The translations under genes and the position numbers were made by a program. DNA of 35,432 nucleotides from Octopus sinensis. Taxonomy: Eukaryota. The stretch covers positions 1 through 35,432 of the forward strand of contig NW_021828058.1 of the NCBI RefSeq assembly GCF_006345805.1. The letters are read 5' to 3'. Of the stretch, positions 1 through 12,169 are shown piece after piece (position 1 is the first letter of the stretch; each line of letters begins with the position of its first letter). The notes below the pieces were generated by a model that ran no database searches, had not been told where the DNA came from, and saw only the letters and a list, made by a program, of their open reading frames with translations.

Positions 1-36
<36 letters not shown>
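1..36. repeat. (TATC)n microsatellite, runs off the window start
   Basis: Pure TATC repeats up to the junction with the LINE at 37. Confidence 0.95.
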
Positions 37-2460
37 CGACGTTTTGGCGGCGTGTTGGCTCCCGACCAACACTTCAACGCGAAACACGAAGGGTGTGTTG
101 TCACAGCTAGGGTGCGTGCTCTAAGGAACGAAGGTGTTAGAGCCGCGAGGGAAGCCCGGGTGGCAGAGGCGCAACAGGGCAATAAACCCACAATTCAATC
201 TCTCGTAGATGAACAGGGGCGCGAATTGCTCGAGTCAAGTAAAATGTGAGACGCTTTCCAACGGCATTTTGCCCGACTGTTCGGGACGAGTGGCAGGCAA
301 GAGCGTAGGGTGGACTTCAGTGCCTACCTACACAGCATACCACGACTCTCGACAAGAGAGGCAGGGCGCTGCGAAGGTGACATCAAGGCGGCGGAAGTGC
401 GGGACGCGATAGCAGATTGCTCGAGTGACAAGTCGCCGGGTTTGGTTGGTCTACCCTACGAGCTTTACAGTTGTATGCCAGACTTGTTTGGAGACGTCTT
501 GGCAGCGGTGTACTGCAACTGGTAGCAAAACGGGAGCATTCCTGGTTTTGTGATCCGAGGAGCCGTAACTCTGCTGAAGAAAGATCTAAACAAGGGGAAT
601 GTAATAGATAACTTTAGGCCCATCACTTGAAAATTTTGTTCAACGTGTTAGCAACGTGCTTGGCGCTTGTTATCGAGAAACTGGTCGACAAGGCGCAAAC
701 ATGCGCCGTGCCGGGCCGGAGCATCAATGACAACCTACACCTGATGTGCTACATCATAGACAGGGTAGTTAAGAAACCTGGCATGGGTGGGGCGCTGATC
801 AATTTGGATCAATCGAAAGCTTTGGATAGGGTAGACCATCGATACTGACAGAAGCGAAAATCAACCGGGAAAAACAAGTGGGTTTGCGACTCGGTACCTG
901 GAGGAGCAAGCCCATGCCGTCCACCAGCACCTCCGTCGTGGGACGCTGGACCGACTGTCCGGTCGAGTTGCTCGGGGTCTGGTTTGTTCCGGACCTCCAA
1001 ATGGAGAAGAGCTAGAACGAGTAGGGTGGTCACTCTCACCCGGCAATGGGCCGAGAAAAAACTGTCCTTTAAATGTTGGGCGGATGTGGCCAACTCGTAC
1101 ATCGCGTACGTCATCTACTACCGTCTGACCGTCGTGCCTTGTCCCGACCCTACTATCACCAATCTAGAGCGTATTCTCTTTCGCGTCTTGTGGAAAGGAT
1201 GCGTCCCGATGGTCAGGCGATCCATTTGCAGTCAACACCCGTTAAAAGGAGGACTGGGCATGCCGTGTTTGATGATGCACAGACACTCGCTTAGACTGCG
1301 ACATCTCAGGGTCTATGTAGACGACGGTGAACAGGTGTGGTCGCTGTTTCTGAGGCACGCTTTCGGCAACTCGCCTCCATGACCGAACTGCAGTCGTGGA
1401 TCAAAAAGAGGCCGAGAAAGAGCGAATGGCACCGCCAGTGTCGCGTTGCTGTCAAGCAACTATGCCGTCCCGGGTCGACCATGAGTGACTTCACCACAAC
1501 CCAAGCATTCTATAGGGGATTAGTGGAGGGTAGGTACGACGACGAGCTCGGGGCGAACCTGGACGTCGACGAGGAATACGTGACCCGCATGTTCAGGACG
1601 ACTTTCGGGCCAGGGCCAATTGACAACCTCCAGAGATCCCTGGCCTGGCAGTGCTACCGAGAAGCGCTACTTCTTCGGGATAAGCTCTACAGACACGGTT
1701 CGAGGAACACGGGGCCGACCTGCCCGTGATGCGGTCAGAGCGACGAAACTGTTCTGCTCACTCTCGTGTACTATCCAACCATTTCCGACCTGTGGGCTTA
1801 TGTCGAACAACTGCTGTCACGTGTGGGACGAGTCGATTTATCAGCCGAGTCTATCGTCAATATTGTCACGCCTCCTCCCTTCAAACAGGAAGGAAGAGCT
1901 ACTTCCATCATATGGCAAAATAATGTAACTGGTGGACGCGTCTGAAAGTATTGGAGACAAACACTTTCCTCTCTGGTCATCAACATCTTCAAGTATCATT
2001 TGAAAAGGAAAGTGAGAGTAGAGAGGCAAGTTTTGTCTAGCGAATGTTTTAAAAAAGATGGGTGAATGTAACAAGGATGGCTCGTATGAAAAACGAAGCC
2101 AGCTTGAGCATAATCCTATGAAACTGGAAATTCAAAAGTGAGGGTTACTTGAAAACAAATGTGGTAACATGTAACAATATTGACCGAGGTTACCGTGGTC
2201 TTTTCCGTAGGCTTTTATTCCCACGAATAAAACTTATCTGCTTCCCCCTTTACACCTTACATCATGACACTGTGATACACAATCCATATTGATCGATTTT
2301 TTCTTTTGTTTCTTTTCCTTTTTTTCTTTGTCTTTATTCTCTTTTACGATTACTTTTTATCGAAAACCTACCCCACCTTTTATTTCCTAAAAAAAGAAAA
2401 GCTCTACATTGTAATCTTTCCCGTCTGTGTGCAGCTCTTTGTGGCTTGTAAAGAAACATG
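37..2460 (+). mobile_element. 5'-truncated, decayed Tx1/L1-clade non-LTR retrotransposon (ORF2 linker, partial RT, C-terminal zinc knuckle, 3'UTR)
   Basis: Fragmented frames give KSPGLVGLPYE, NFRPIT, QTCAVPGRSINDN and LINLDQSKALDRVDH (early RT motifs). The PQG and YADD region is missing (deletion near 846). Later fragments are PLKGGLGMP and a degraded knuckle TCP*CGQSDET. ORF2 stop is near 2121, followed by a T-rich 3'UTR. Confidence 0.85.
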
Positions 2461-2593
<133 letters not shown>

Positions 2594-2990
2594 AATTAAC
2601 AATAACAGGGTAATAAAAAAGCTTAGAATCTGTACTACCAGTGGCCTAATGTGTAAAAATATTGTCAATAGCCTATATATTAATCATATAAATGCAGTGT
2701 ACATTCAAACTCATAAGAGGTATCACATAAGAGGCAAAAGCTGGATTGCCTCATGCATATATGTTTTAATCTAGGCGTACCTGCTGATGAAGACTTCGCC
2801 TAGCATATAATTTTATTTGCTAAAAGAATGTTTGAATCCGTTGTCTAGGAGATAGAGGTAAATGTTTTATAATTTTCATTCCCTTCGATTATTATCCCTA
2901 ATAGCGGTTTGGATTTTAGCTGTTCCTTCTAGCGTTCAGGGAATCCTATGACGGATACTTCTTATGTGTTTAAATGTACACTGTGTTTAT

Positions 2991-2991
<1 letters not shown>

Positions 2992-3055
<64 letters not shown>

Positions 3056-3074
3056 ATATCTATCTACCTATCTT

Positions 3075-3127
<53 letters not shown>

Positions 3128-3155
3128 ATATCTATCTATCTATCTATCTACCTAC

Positions 3156-3231
<76 letters not shown>

Positions 3232-3235
3232 TATC
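2992..3235. repeat. Long interrupted (TATC)n microsatellite
   Basis: Tandem TATC with occasional variants; source of the spurious YLSI ORFs. Confidence 0.95.
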
Positions 3236-3602
3236 TATATACATATATAAACAAAGATGAAATTTACAGAAAAACAAAAGACGAACAGAGATATATGAAC
3301 AATGTGTGTATTAGTTTGACACTCCGAAAAGTGAGAAAGGGCTTTAAGTTTCGAGCTTACGATCTTCAAAATAAAGAAAATGAGGAAATAAACAGAAGTT
3401 CAAAAAGGATTAAAAGTTGTAGTGTATTGGAGGGATTTTTCATTAACAGATGAATCACGTGAAATCCATAAGTATATTCAGGGCCAATCGGGTAGAGTGC
3501 TGATATGTAGAATCGGAGAGGTGCAGAAAGTCCAGGAAGTAGTAATTCCAATGTGTAGGTGTTTAAAGCAGGATAAAACAGGTGTGACCACTTGAGCGTA
3601 CA

Positions 3603-3622
3603 ATACATATATATATATGTAT

Positions 3623-3672
<50 letters not shown>

Positions 3673-3700
3673 TAAATATATATATGTGTATATCTGTATA
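3603..3700. repeat. (TA)n microsatellite; similar tracts near 4475, 5222, 5570-5706, 11140, 13920, 14640, 21420, 29330, 33280 and 33830
   Basis: Direct inspection. Confidence 0.9.
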
Positions 3701-3721
3701 AGTGTATGTGTGTATAAAGTC

Positions 3722-3875
3722 AATGGCGTGTCTGCGTGATAAGAAGCTTGATTTCCAACCACATGGAGTAGGGGTCAGTGTTAATACGTGCTGCCTTCAC
3801 CAATTGTCCAATTCTATATACTCGTGTCAGGAGTAGATTTTGTTGTCAGAAGCTGAAAGAGGCCTGTCTTATGTA
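3722..3875 (+). mobile_element. Highly decayed tRNA-derived SINE head, same family as 33376-33825
   Basis: gataagaagcttgatttccaaccacatgg...ctgaaagaggcctgtc aligns by eye with the head of the SINE at 33376. Confidence 0.55.
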
Positions 3876-4202
3876 TATACATATATACATGGGTGTATGT
3901 GTGTGTGTGAGCTTTAATCATTGTGGTTGTATTAGTCTCTAGAGATATTCCGTCCCCGTAACTTAACAGTTCCTCAAAAGAAACGATATAATAAGTAACA
4001 GACTTTCAAAATTTAAATACTGTGGAGAATATATTCGAATAAAATACCTTCTAGGAGGGTTGCCAGCATGGTTGCTGATTAATGACTTGAAGAATTGGAA
4101 GATAATATTCACTATATATATATGTATGTGTGTGAGTGTGTATATATGATATATACTGGTATGCATGGATATACGTGTGCATGTATATATATATATACAT
4201 AT

Positions 4203-4328
4203 ATTAAAAATATATAAGTATATGAAAGAATGGAGTTGAACGACAGGTTCAACATACGTCGAGAATAAAGGATACTTGTTAACCAGTCGTTCAACTCCAT
4301 TCTTCCATATACTTATATATTTTTAAAA
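4203..4328. repeat. Fold-back hairpin element (about 50-bp arms, 24-nt loop)
   Basis: aaaaatatataagtatatgaaagaatggagttgaacgacaggtt is the near-perfect reverse complement of aaccagtcgttcaactccattcttccatatacttatatattttt. Confidence 0.85.
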
Positions 4329-4473
4329 TAAACATACAACTTCAGCACGAAAGCACGTAGTCTATACCCTACGGACGTAGCTTCAACCGTGTTCTTTCTG
4401 ATGTGAATTTGCTACCCTGGTATCGGTTATCTTTCGAATTATCCTTAATAAGATAATTCATTCAACTACTCAA

Positions 4474-4531
<58 letters not shown>

Positions 4532-4563
4532 TGTGTTTACACACACACATATATGTATGCATC

Positions 4564-5221
4564 TGTGTCGGTGGCACATAAAAACACCATCCGAAGACCG
4601 GCAAGACTAGTCAGGCCATAACCCGTGGCCCCTACCTGGGACGTAGTCAGTCCACCTGTGCATACCTTCCTTCTTGTGACACTTGTGAAGACCTGTTGAG
4701 GCAAGTGAAAATCAAATCAAATCAAAACAAATCAAAATAGATGAACATAAATGGAATTTGCATCTTTGTGGTACCAGTGCCGGTGGCACACAAGAAAATC
4801 ATCCGAACGGGCCGTAGCCAGTACCGCATAGACTGGCCTCCGTGCTTTGGGGACGTAACAAACACCATCCGATCGTGGCCGTCGCCAGCCTCGTCTGGCA
4901 CCTGTGTCGGTGGCACATAAAAACACCATCCGAGCGTGGCCGTCTGCCAGCCTCGTCTGGCACCTGTGTCGGTGGCACATAAAAACACCATCCGAGCGTG
5001 GGCGTTCGCAGCCTCGTCTGGCACCTGTGTCGGTGGCACATAAAATCACCCACTACACTCTCGGAGTGGTTGGCGTTAGGAAGGGATCCAGCTGTAGAAA
5101 CACTGCCAGATCTGACTGGCCTGTGCAGCCTTCGGGCTCCCCAGACCCCAGTTGAACCGTCCAACCCATGCTAGCATGGAAAACGGACGCTAAATGTGAT
5201 GATGATGATGATGATGATGAT
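4564..5221 (+). mobile_element. SINE-like repeat with modular tandem central units and a (GAT)n tail
   Basis: About three 61-62 bp units (gtgtcggtggcacataaaaacaccatccgagcgtggcc...) at 4860-5045. Terminal part ggcgttaggaagggatccagctgtagaaac...catgctagcatgga...(gat)n is shared with 8867-9476. Confidence 0.8.
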
Positions 5222-5224
5222 ATA

Positions 5225-5278
<54 letters not shown>

Positions 5279-5567
5279 GAGACAGACCTCCATAAAGTAA
5301 TTCAATCAAGAATGAAAGATATTATCTATAATAAAATATAAATAGGAATATATAATTAATTATATGCTAAATCATACTATAATAAATAATGCACATAAAA
5401 TCGACGAGGCGCATTTCGTGACGATATAGTAATATCGACATTATCAAAATTGATTATCTGAAAAATTAATATTTCTTCGATCCAATGATACATAGCTACT
5501 CTTCAGGTCTAAATAGCATAAATAAATTTACAACATAAATGAAGACGTTTATATTAAACTCTTAATT

Positions 5568-5617
<50 letters not shown>

Positions 5618-5665
5618 TATACATATCTAATATATATATCTAATATAATATATATATATTATATA

Positions 5666-5707
<42 letters not shown>

Positions 5708-8042
5708 TCCATGGCACCCATTTGACAACATAAATTTCCACAAAGCGGACTGGGGAACAATCAGAAAGGATCTGTCTTCCATCGACTGGTCTTTTACTCT
5801 CAATTCCCCTCATATTGAGACAGCGTGGCAGCACTTTGAAACCTTGTCACCGACACATGCTCTAAACACGCTCCCAAGAAATCTACTAACAAAACAGAAA
5901 CCGGCTCCCTAAAAAGAAAAAAACACTCATCAGGCGCATCAAAAGACTCAACAAAAAAATCAACCAATTAAAATATTCCCACACGCAACATCCACATTCA
6001 ACAACAATGAAAAGACTAGAGCTGGAAAAACTTCATCTGCAGACTAACATGAAAACCTCCATTGAAAATCAAAGAGCTGTGGAGGAACAATGGGTAATCA
6101 AAAACATCAAACAGAACCCAAAAGTGTTCTATTCTTATGCAAATAAGCATAGAACCACTTGTCTCACCTATTGGGCCATTGATTGATGAAACGGCATTCC
6201 CCAACACGATGCTAAAGAAATGGCAGAAATACTGCAGAAACAATATTGCTCTGTCTTCAGTGTTCCCACTGATATTGTGATGTGAGGGAAACGAACGAAG
6301 CTGACTCCCAACACAAAATCGCAGACATAACCTTCACTGCCACCGACATCGTAGCAGCAATAAATGAGGTCAAACATTACTCTGCTGTAGGCCCTGATAG
6401 ATTTCCCGCCAGTCTCTGAAGGAATGTAGATCAACTTGCAGTCCCTCTGACCAACCTCTGGAGGAAACTCGTTAGACGCAGGTTATATACCGAAAATGTT
6501 CTATTCCAGTCGGTCATCCCGGTTTTCAAACAGGGAAACAGATCCCTCGCAGTCAACTATCGCCCAATCTCACTCACCTCCCCATCATTAAAGTGTTTGA
6601 AGAGTGTTAAGATCAAGGATAGCTGGCTTCCTGGAGACCCACAAACTCCTAAATTCAAATCAGCATGGCTTCGCTGTGGCAGGGACTGTCTAACACAGCT
6701 CTTACACCACATTGAAGATGTACTCAAAGCCTTGGGAACAGGTTCGAACTCTGACGTCATATACCTTGACTTCAGTAAAGCGTTCGACAGGGTAGACCAT
6801 AACATCCTACTCTCAAAATTGGCAAATGTGGAATCCGTGGAAAAGTTCTACACTGGATTCAGTATTTCCTAGCGAATAGAACACAACATGTTGTAGTTGA
6901 TGGAGTCCACTCAAACCGAGCAAAAGTCACCAGCGGTGTTCCCCAGGGAACTGTTTTGGGTCCGCTACTCTTCATAATTATGTAAACGACCTTTCCAGTG
7001 TCGTACATCACTGCAAAGTGAAAATATTCGCTGATGACACTAAGCTCCAGCAAATCGTCAATGAAGAAGCAGACCGAACTCAACTCCAGTCTGACCTATA
7101 TGCTGTGAGTCAATGGGCAGACAGAAACAAAATGCAACTGAATGAGGGAAAATTTGAGCTGATGCATTTTGGAAGAAACTCCTCACTAAAACAACCATAC
7201 TCTCTTCCTTCAGGGGAACCGCTCACAGCCTCTAACAATATCAGAGACCTGGTGTGTAATTGTTGATGACGATCTCAGTTGGAGTGCACACATCAACAAG
7301 AAGGTCGATACAGCTCGTAGGATGAGTTCCTGGATCTTAAGGACTTTCCGGTCCAGAGAACAAGTGTTCATCATACCACTTTTTTCATCCTTTGTACGGC
7401 CACACCTTGAATACTGCTGCCCACTGTGGTCTCCTCGCACAAGACACAACATCTCCAGAATTGAGTCACCCCAGAGGGCTCTCACTAAACAAATTGAAGG
7501 CATGCTGCTCGGACTATTGGGATCGCCTTAAAGCCTTGAAACTTTACTCCCTCCAGCGTCGCCGTGAGCGGTACATCATTTGTACGATGTGGAAAATATA
7601 CCGCCAACTTTGCCCAAACGACCTAAACATTAGCTTCAAGGTCCATCCGAGACTTGGACCACGGGCTATACGTCCCCTGCCAAATTCAAGATCACAACAT
7701 ACATGTACACTGCAACATAATTTCTTTTCCTCAACAGGCCCTGCCCTATTTAACATTGTCCCGAGGGAGATCAAAGAGGAAAAGGATCCCATCAACTTCA
7801 AACAGAGTCTGGATAGATTCCTTCAAAGAATACCAGATAAGCCACCCATAATTGGATACAACTCACCCAACAAGAACTCACTACTTGAACAAAACTGGAT
7901 ACAACTCACCCAACAAGAACTCACTACTTGAACAAAACTTGACTTAAACAGGATTCGAATAATCCTATCAGGTGGTGCTATTAAGTTAGACATGGCTGGA
8001 CCAATCTCTGGTCGAAACATATCTAAGTTTTATCTAAGTTTT
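5708..8042 (+). mobile_element. 5'-truncated, decayed CR1-group LINE (RT and 3' end) between TA tracts
   Basis: Motifs NYRPISLTS, YLDFSKAFDRVDHNILL, SGVPQGTVLGPLLF, KIFADDTKL, FVRPHLEYCCPLWSP and LKLYSLQRRRER, interrupted by frameshifts. The 3' end has a stem-loop and a tatctaagttt x2 tail. Confidence 0.9.
7853..7938 (+). repeat. Exact 43-bp tandem duplication at the CR1 ORF2 C-terminus
   Basis: tggatacaactcacccaacaagaactcactacttgaacaaaac occurs at 7853-7895 and 7896-7938. Confidence 0.95.
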
Positions 8043-8866
8043 ATATATATATATATTTAAGTATATGAATATAATTCTTATGCTCATAGGTATACACACA
8101 ATAACGCCACAAAAATACGCACTCATCTTACATCCACACACGCAGACACAATGGCACTCGCACAGACACACCTATATTATGTATTAGGAACACGACACAC
8201 ATTGGGAACACGACATGCACTTAGTGTGAGCGGTAAACTTTCATAATGTGTGAGAAGGTTTACTATGAGAATGAAAAGAAATAAGCAATTAGAGAGCGAA
8301 CTTTTCGATTGTGTCACAGAATTTGAAATTTGAAAAGTATGTGGAAATTTTGAAATCTATTCGTTTATTCGAGAAAAAGTTTAGAAAACACATCAGAGGT
8401 TCGAAGTTTTATCATTTTTACCCAGAAAACAAGATTTGGAAGCTAAGTGTTGTGTGTGAACACTGTATCATAAGTAGAAGTTGGAGAGATTTTAAACAAA
8501 ATGAAAGCAATGATTGGTTTTTAATTCACAGAGAGAGAGAGAGAGAGAGAGCGAGCCGAGAGAGAGAGATGAGAGAGAGAGAGAGAGCATCAAATAGTAT
8601 GGCTAATATAAGATACATGGGTAGTGAAAGATATAGAGTGGGAGGTTGAGATCTCAAAGTTGGGTTATTTCACGTGGAGGATTATGATATTCATTATATT
8701 TTATGGACGATGTTTACCTTGGAAATCGGATTTCAAAAGTCAAATTCGTTTTACTCGAGGACGCAAAGTTTCAGAGTCTCGTAGCTCTAAAAACACATAA
8801 AAACCACATTCACCCGTATTTATATAGTGTATATATAGTGTATGCATTTCTGTATGTATGTACATA

Positions 8867-9476
8867 TCATCATCATCATCGTTTAAACGTCCGTTCTCCA
8901 TGCTAGCATGGGTTGGACGGTTCGACCGGGGTTCTGGGAAGCCAGAAGGCTGCACCAGGCTCCAGTCTAATCTGGCAATGTTTCTACAGCTGGATGCCCT
9001 TCCTAACGCCAACCACTCCGTGAGTGTAGTGGGTGCTTTTTACGTGCCACCTGCACAGGTGCCAGGCGAGGCTGGCAACGGCCACGGTCAGATTGGTGTA
9101 TTTTATGTGCCACCGTCACGGAAGCCAGTCGAAGCGGTGCTGGCATCGGCCACGAGTCGGATAGTGCCTTTTACGTACCACCAGACCAGGGATCCTGGCT
9201 GGTTCAATTCGATTTCGATTTCGCTTGCCCCAACATGTCTTCACAAGCAAAGGGGGTTGGCATGGGTGCCTGTCGTACGGTCGCATTGGAGTATTTTACG
9301 TGCCACGGCCACGAGTCGGATAGTGCTTTTTACGTACCACCAGACCAGGGATCCTGGCTGGTTCAATTCTATTTCGATTTCGCTTGCCCCAACATGTCTT
9401 CACAAGCAAAGGGGGTTGGCATGGGTGCCTGTCGTACGGTCACATTGGAGTATTTTACGTACCACGGCCACGAGTC
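8867..9476 (-). mobile_element. Second copy of the modular (GAT)n-tailed SINE-like repeat, with a 159-bp tandem duplication
   Basis: Reverse complement of the terminal region of 4564-5221. Near-identical 159-bp units at 9147-9305 and 9306-9464. Confidence 0.8.
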
Positions 9477-9539
9477 AGGTATATATATATATAATCCTTG
9501 CATTCAGTTTATCTTTGATGCTACAAGGGGTTTTGCTGA

Positions 9540-10138
9540 CCTCTCAGTCGACTGCGCCCCACGCATAATAATCAAGGGGGTTCCAGTCTAGGGAGTTATA
9601 TGGCGTGATTTTAGAGGTGATGTGGTCGCGAATTTTGTCTGACAGCCATGGCTGGGATCTCCTGTTGGTATGGCATGGTACAGAGTCTTGCTGCCAGAGA
9701 TAGGATCTTCCATCAGCTATCCCTTTGCTCCAGGGATGCACTACCTTCTCCAGGCACTTGATGTAGCCCTCCATATTGAGTCTAATCCGTGAATGAATGC
9801 ATAATGTCACCATCACCAGTGATCACTCCAAACACCATAATGTTGACTTGATGTTTGATTTTTATCAGTCGGAGTACATGTCCTTGGATTGCACATTCCT
9901 CAGACTGACACCCAAACACTCTGAAATGTTCATATTAGATCTTTCGGCACGGATGCCAAGCAGTACAGCATGTCATTTCCAAATTTTCTGGCAGAGTGAA
10001 TTACGCCATGGTGCTGTTTTTCTCACAGACGGTACCCAACTGATCATACTATACTGAGTGGTCGACAAAAGTCAAAAACAAAGAATGCGCATGCGCGAAA
10101 TTAAACAGGTAATGGAGGCAATTTCGTGTTGCAACCTG
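9540..10138 (-). mobile_element. Internally deleted Tc1/mariner-superfamily remnant (maT/DD37D-like)
   Basis: IMVFGVITGDGD, WQQDSVPCH and NSLDWNPLDYYAWGAV on the minus strand. The right end abuts TA (RC: TA-CAGGTTGCAACACGAAATTG). Confidence 0.7.
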
Positions 10139-10173
10139 TATATATATATATATATATATATATGTACATACGA

Positions 10174-10303
10174 TTAGGCGTTGGCATGAATGTGATATAA
10201 TATTTTCTACTGTATTCAGTCCCACTGCGTGTACTCTGGCTTACAGCACAACAAACTCGTGTATATTTGTTCACGGTAACTAAAAGAAACCCATCGTATA
10301 CAT
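10174..10303 (+). mobile_element. Deleted SINE-head remnant directly upstream of a mariner remnant
   Basis: ttaggcgttggcatg...ttcagtcccactgcgtg...gaaacccatcgtata; homologous to 25598-25738. Confidence 0.65.
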
Positions 10304-10319
10304 ACAAAGTGGCATCGTA

Positions 10320-11140
10320 ATGTTCCTGGATGAGTTATATTAATAACACTAACTTATATTAACTTCATCTCCTTCGGTAAAGTCACCTTGTGCAGGAATA
10401 CACCGCAAAGCTTTTCGAATACACCCGATCCAGCTTTCTTGACACTTTTGGTATCCGGCCTCTTGAAGACGTCTTGATCTCAACAACGGTGTTAAAATTC
10501 CTATTGATCTCGATCTTTGAACCGTATTTTCATCTTGGGGAAGAGATGGAAGTCACCAGGTGCTGAATCTGGCAAATAGGACATGCACGGAAGCAATAGC
10601 ATGTTGCTTTTGGCAAGAAACCCACGAGTGTGGTGACAGAGTACATTGTCGTCGTGAAAAATCCAATAATTCGCGCACCACAAATCCAGTCAGTTTTCTC
10701 GAATGTCATCCTTGAAAAGCCCTAAAATATCGCTGTTGATCCCTCTTTTGGACTTGGGGGTCGAATTCTCAATGCACAATACCAACGATGTAGAAAAAAT
10801 ATTGAAAATGCTCTTGATTAAGCTGTCATTCTGTCGTACACCTGTGAACTTGAAACATTATGTACGACCCATTGTCTCATCGCTAGAAGCTTGCCGAAGC
10901 ATGCTCCATCTCTCTATAGCAGACCTCCCAATTTTTACGTAAAATTTCATGTTGGTTCATTCTTCCATACACGTCCTATTCATACACGTCATCACGAAAA
11001 TACAAATTCCACATCGTGTGAAGTATACACATCGATGTTACTCAGCATACTACTCCATGAAGGTCACTGCTCGCTGTCACCGTGCATTCAATCGTGTGCA
11101 TCCAACCGTCGGCGCGCTATAGAGTTTGTCCGTGAAATTA
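10320..11140 (-). mobile_element. Decayed mariner (DD34D-type) transposase remnant
   Basis: WIFHDDNVLCH...FLAKSNMLLLP...DSAPGDFHLFPKMK resembles the HHDNAPAH...PYSPDLAPCDF motif region. Confidence 0.75.
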
Positions 11141-11356
11141 TATATATATATATATACTAGCAGTAATACTTGTCGTTGATCGGGTAATTCTATTGTTTCT
11201 CTGGCCGATAAACTAGAAAATGTCTATTTCATAAAGAAAAATTGCTTTACGGAATCCAGGTCCACTTTTTATGGACAACCTATAATTCGAGATTGAGAAA
11301 TTTGAAAATGAAATTCGTAAACAATCATAGATAGCCACATACATTTGCACTTATAC

Positions 11357-11394
<38 letters not shown>

Positions 11395-11434
11395 TGGTAT
11401 GTATGTATATATATATATATATATATATCTGAAT

Positions 11435-11691
11435 GAAATAAAAGTCCAATGCTGTGAAAGATTTCAGAGCATTTATAGAGAGGTCTTTTAGCGGTTCCAT
11501 GGATATTTATATATTCTTTCATCGATGACGGTGTGAGAGAATGGTTAACCAATAGTTATTCTTGAATACTTATTGCTTAACCATTTTCTCGCACCGTCTC
11601 CGATGAAGAGATACACAAATATCCTGGAAACAGCTGTAACGTAGTCTCTTTAGAAATGTTCTGAAATCTTTCAGTCTTGGATCTTTATTTC
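11435..11691. repeat. Imperfect fold-back element (about 120-bp arms) with a mutated hammerhead in the right arm
   Basis: The arms are reverse complements around about 11560. The right arm contains cCGATGA...GAAACAGCTGTA (11600-11638). Confidence 0.8.
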
Positions 11692-11865
11692 CTTCTGTTA
11701 ATTTTATATATATGCATGTTAATATATGATCTACGTTGGACTCCTCATTTGCATAATCACCGAACCTGGAGCTTAACTATAGCCTGTCCATAGCACTTAC
11801 TCAGAATTACCTGACACATTTGTGTGTCCTTGACACCATTACCTCGCATAACCTATATAAATGGG

Positions 11866-11866
11866 T

Positions 11867-11935
<69 letters not shown>

Positions 11936-11946
11936 CTGTAGTAGTA
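11866..11946. repeat. (TAG)n microsatellite; its right flank is partly duplicated at about 12077-12118
   Basis: Pure TAG run; gtaacaga...ttcgattatccccacgtt occurs twice. Confidence 0.9.
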
Positions 11947-12169
11947 ACAGATAAGAAGAACTTCGATTATCCCCACGTTTGAATGAAATTGGTTGTGTAG
12001 TTCTCAAGTTTAGGGAAACACACAGACAGACAAACACACATTCTCAGTTTTATATATAGAGAGAAATATATATATAGTAGTAGTAACAGAAAAGAGGAAT
12101 TTCGATTATCCCCACGTTGTGAGTTGTAATGTATATAAGAAATTAAAACAGGAAAATACGCACACTTAC

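Larger units (their letters stand above)
11156..12060 (+). mobile_element. Probable non-autonomous Helentron-associated (DINE-1/HINE-like) element, interrupted by later insertions
   Basis: 5' T|ACTAGCAG...GTCGTTGATCGGG, an internal (TAG)n tract, and 3' ...gaaattggttgtgtagttctc...acagacagacaaacacacattctcagttttatatatag. Family-style recognition only. Confidence 0.4.

Noticed and set aside
2771-2805. CTGATGA inside a ctaggcg/cgcctag hairpin
   Set aside because: No GAAA or stem III follows.
4860-5045. Regular 61-62 bp repeats, superficially CRISPR-like or pistol-ribozyme-like
   Set aside because: The whole unit repeats with no unique spacers and no cas genes, in eukaryotic SINE context. CGUGG...CACRUAAAA lacks the pistol pseudoknot geometry.
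5400-5510. Hammerhead-like relics on the minus strand
   Set aside because: The cores are damaged (UGAUAA; GAAG) and stems I and III do not form; counted only as decayed relics.
8858-9568. 236-aa ORF
   Set aside because: It lies antisense over the SINE and its 159-bp duplication; no protein motif.
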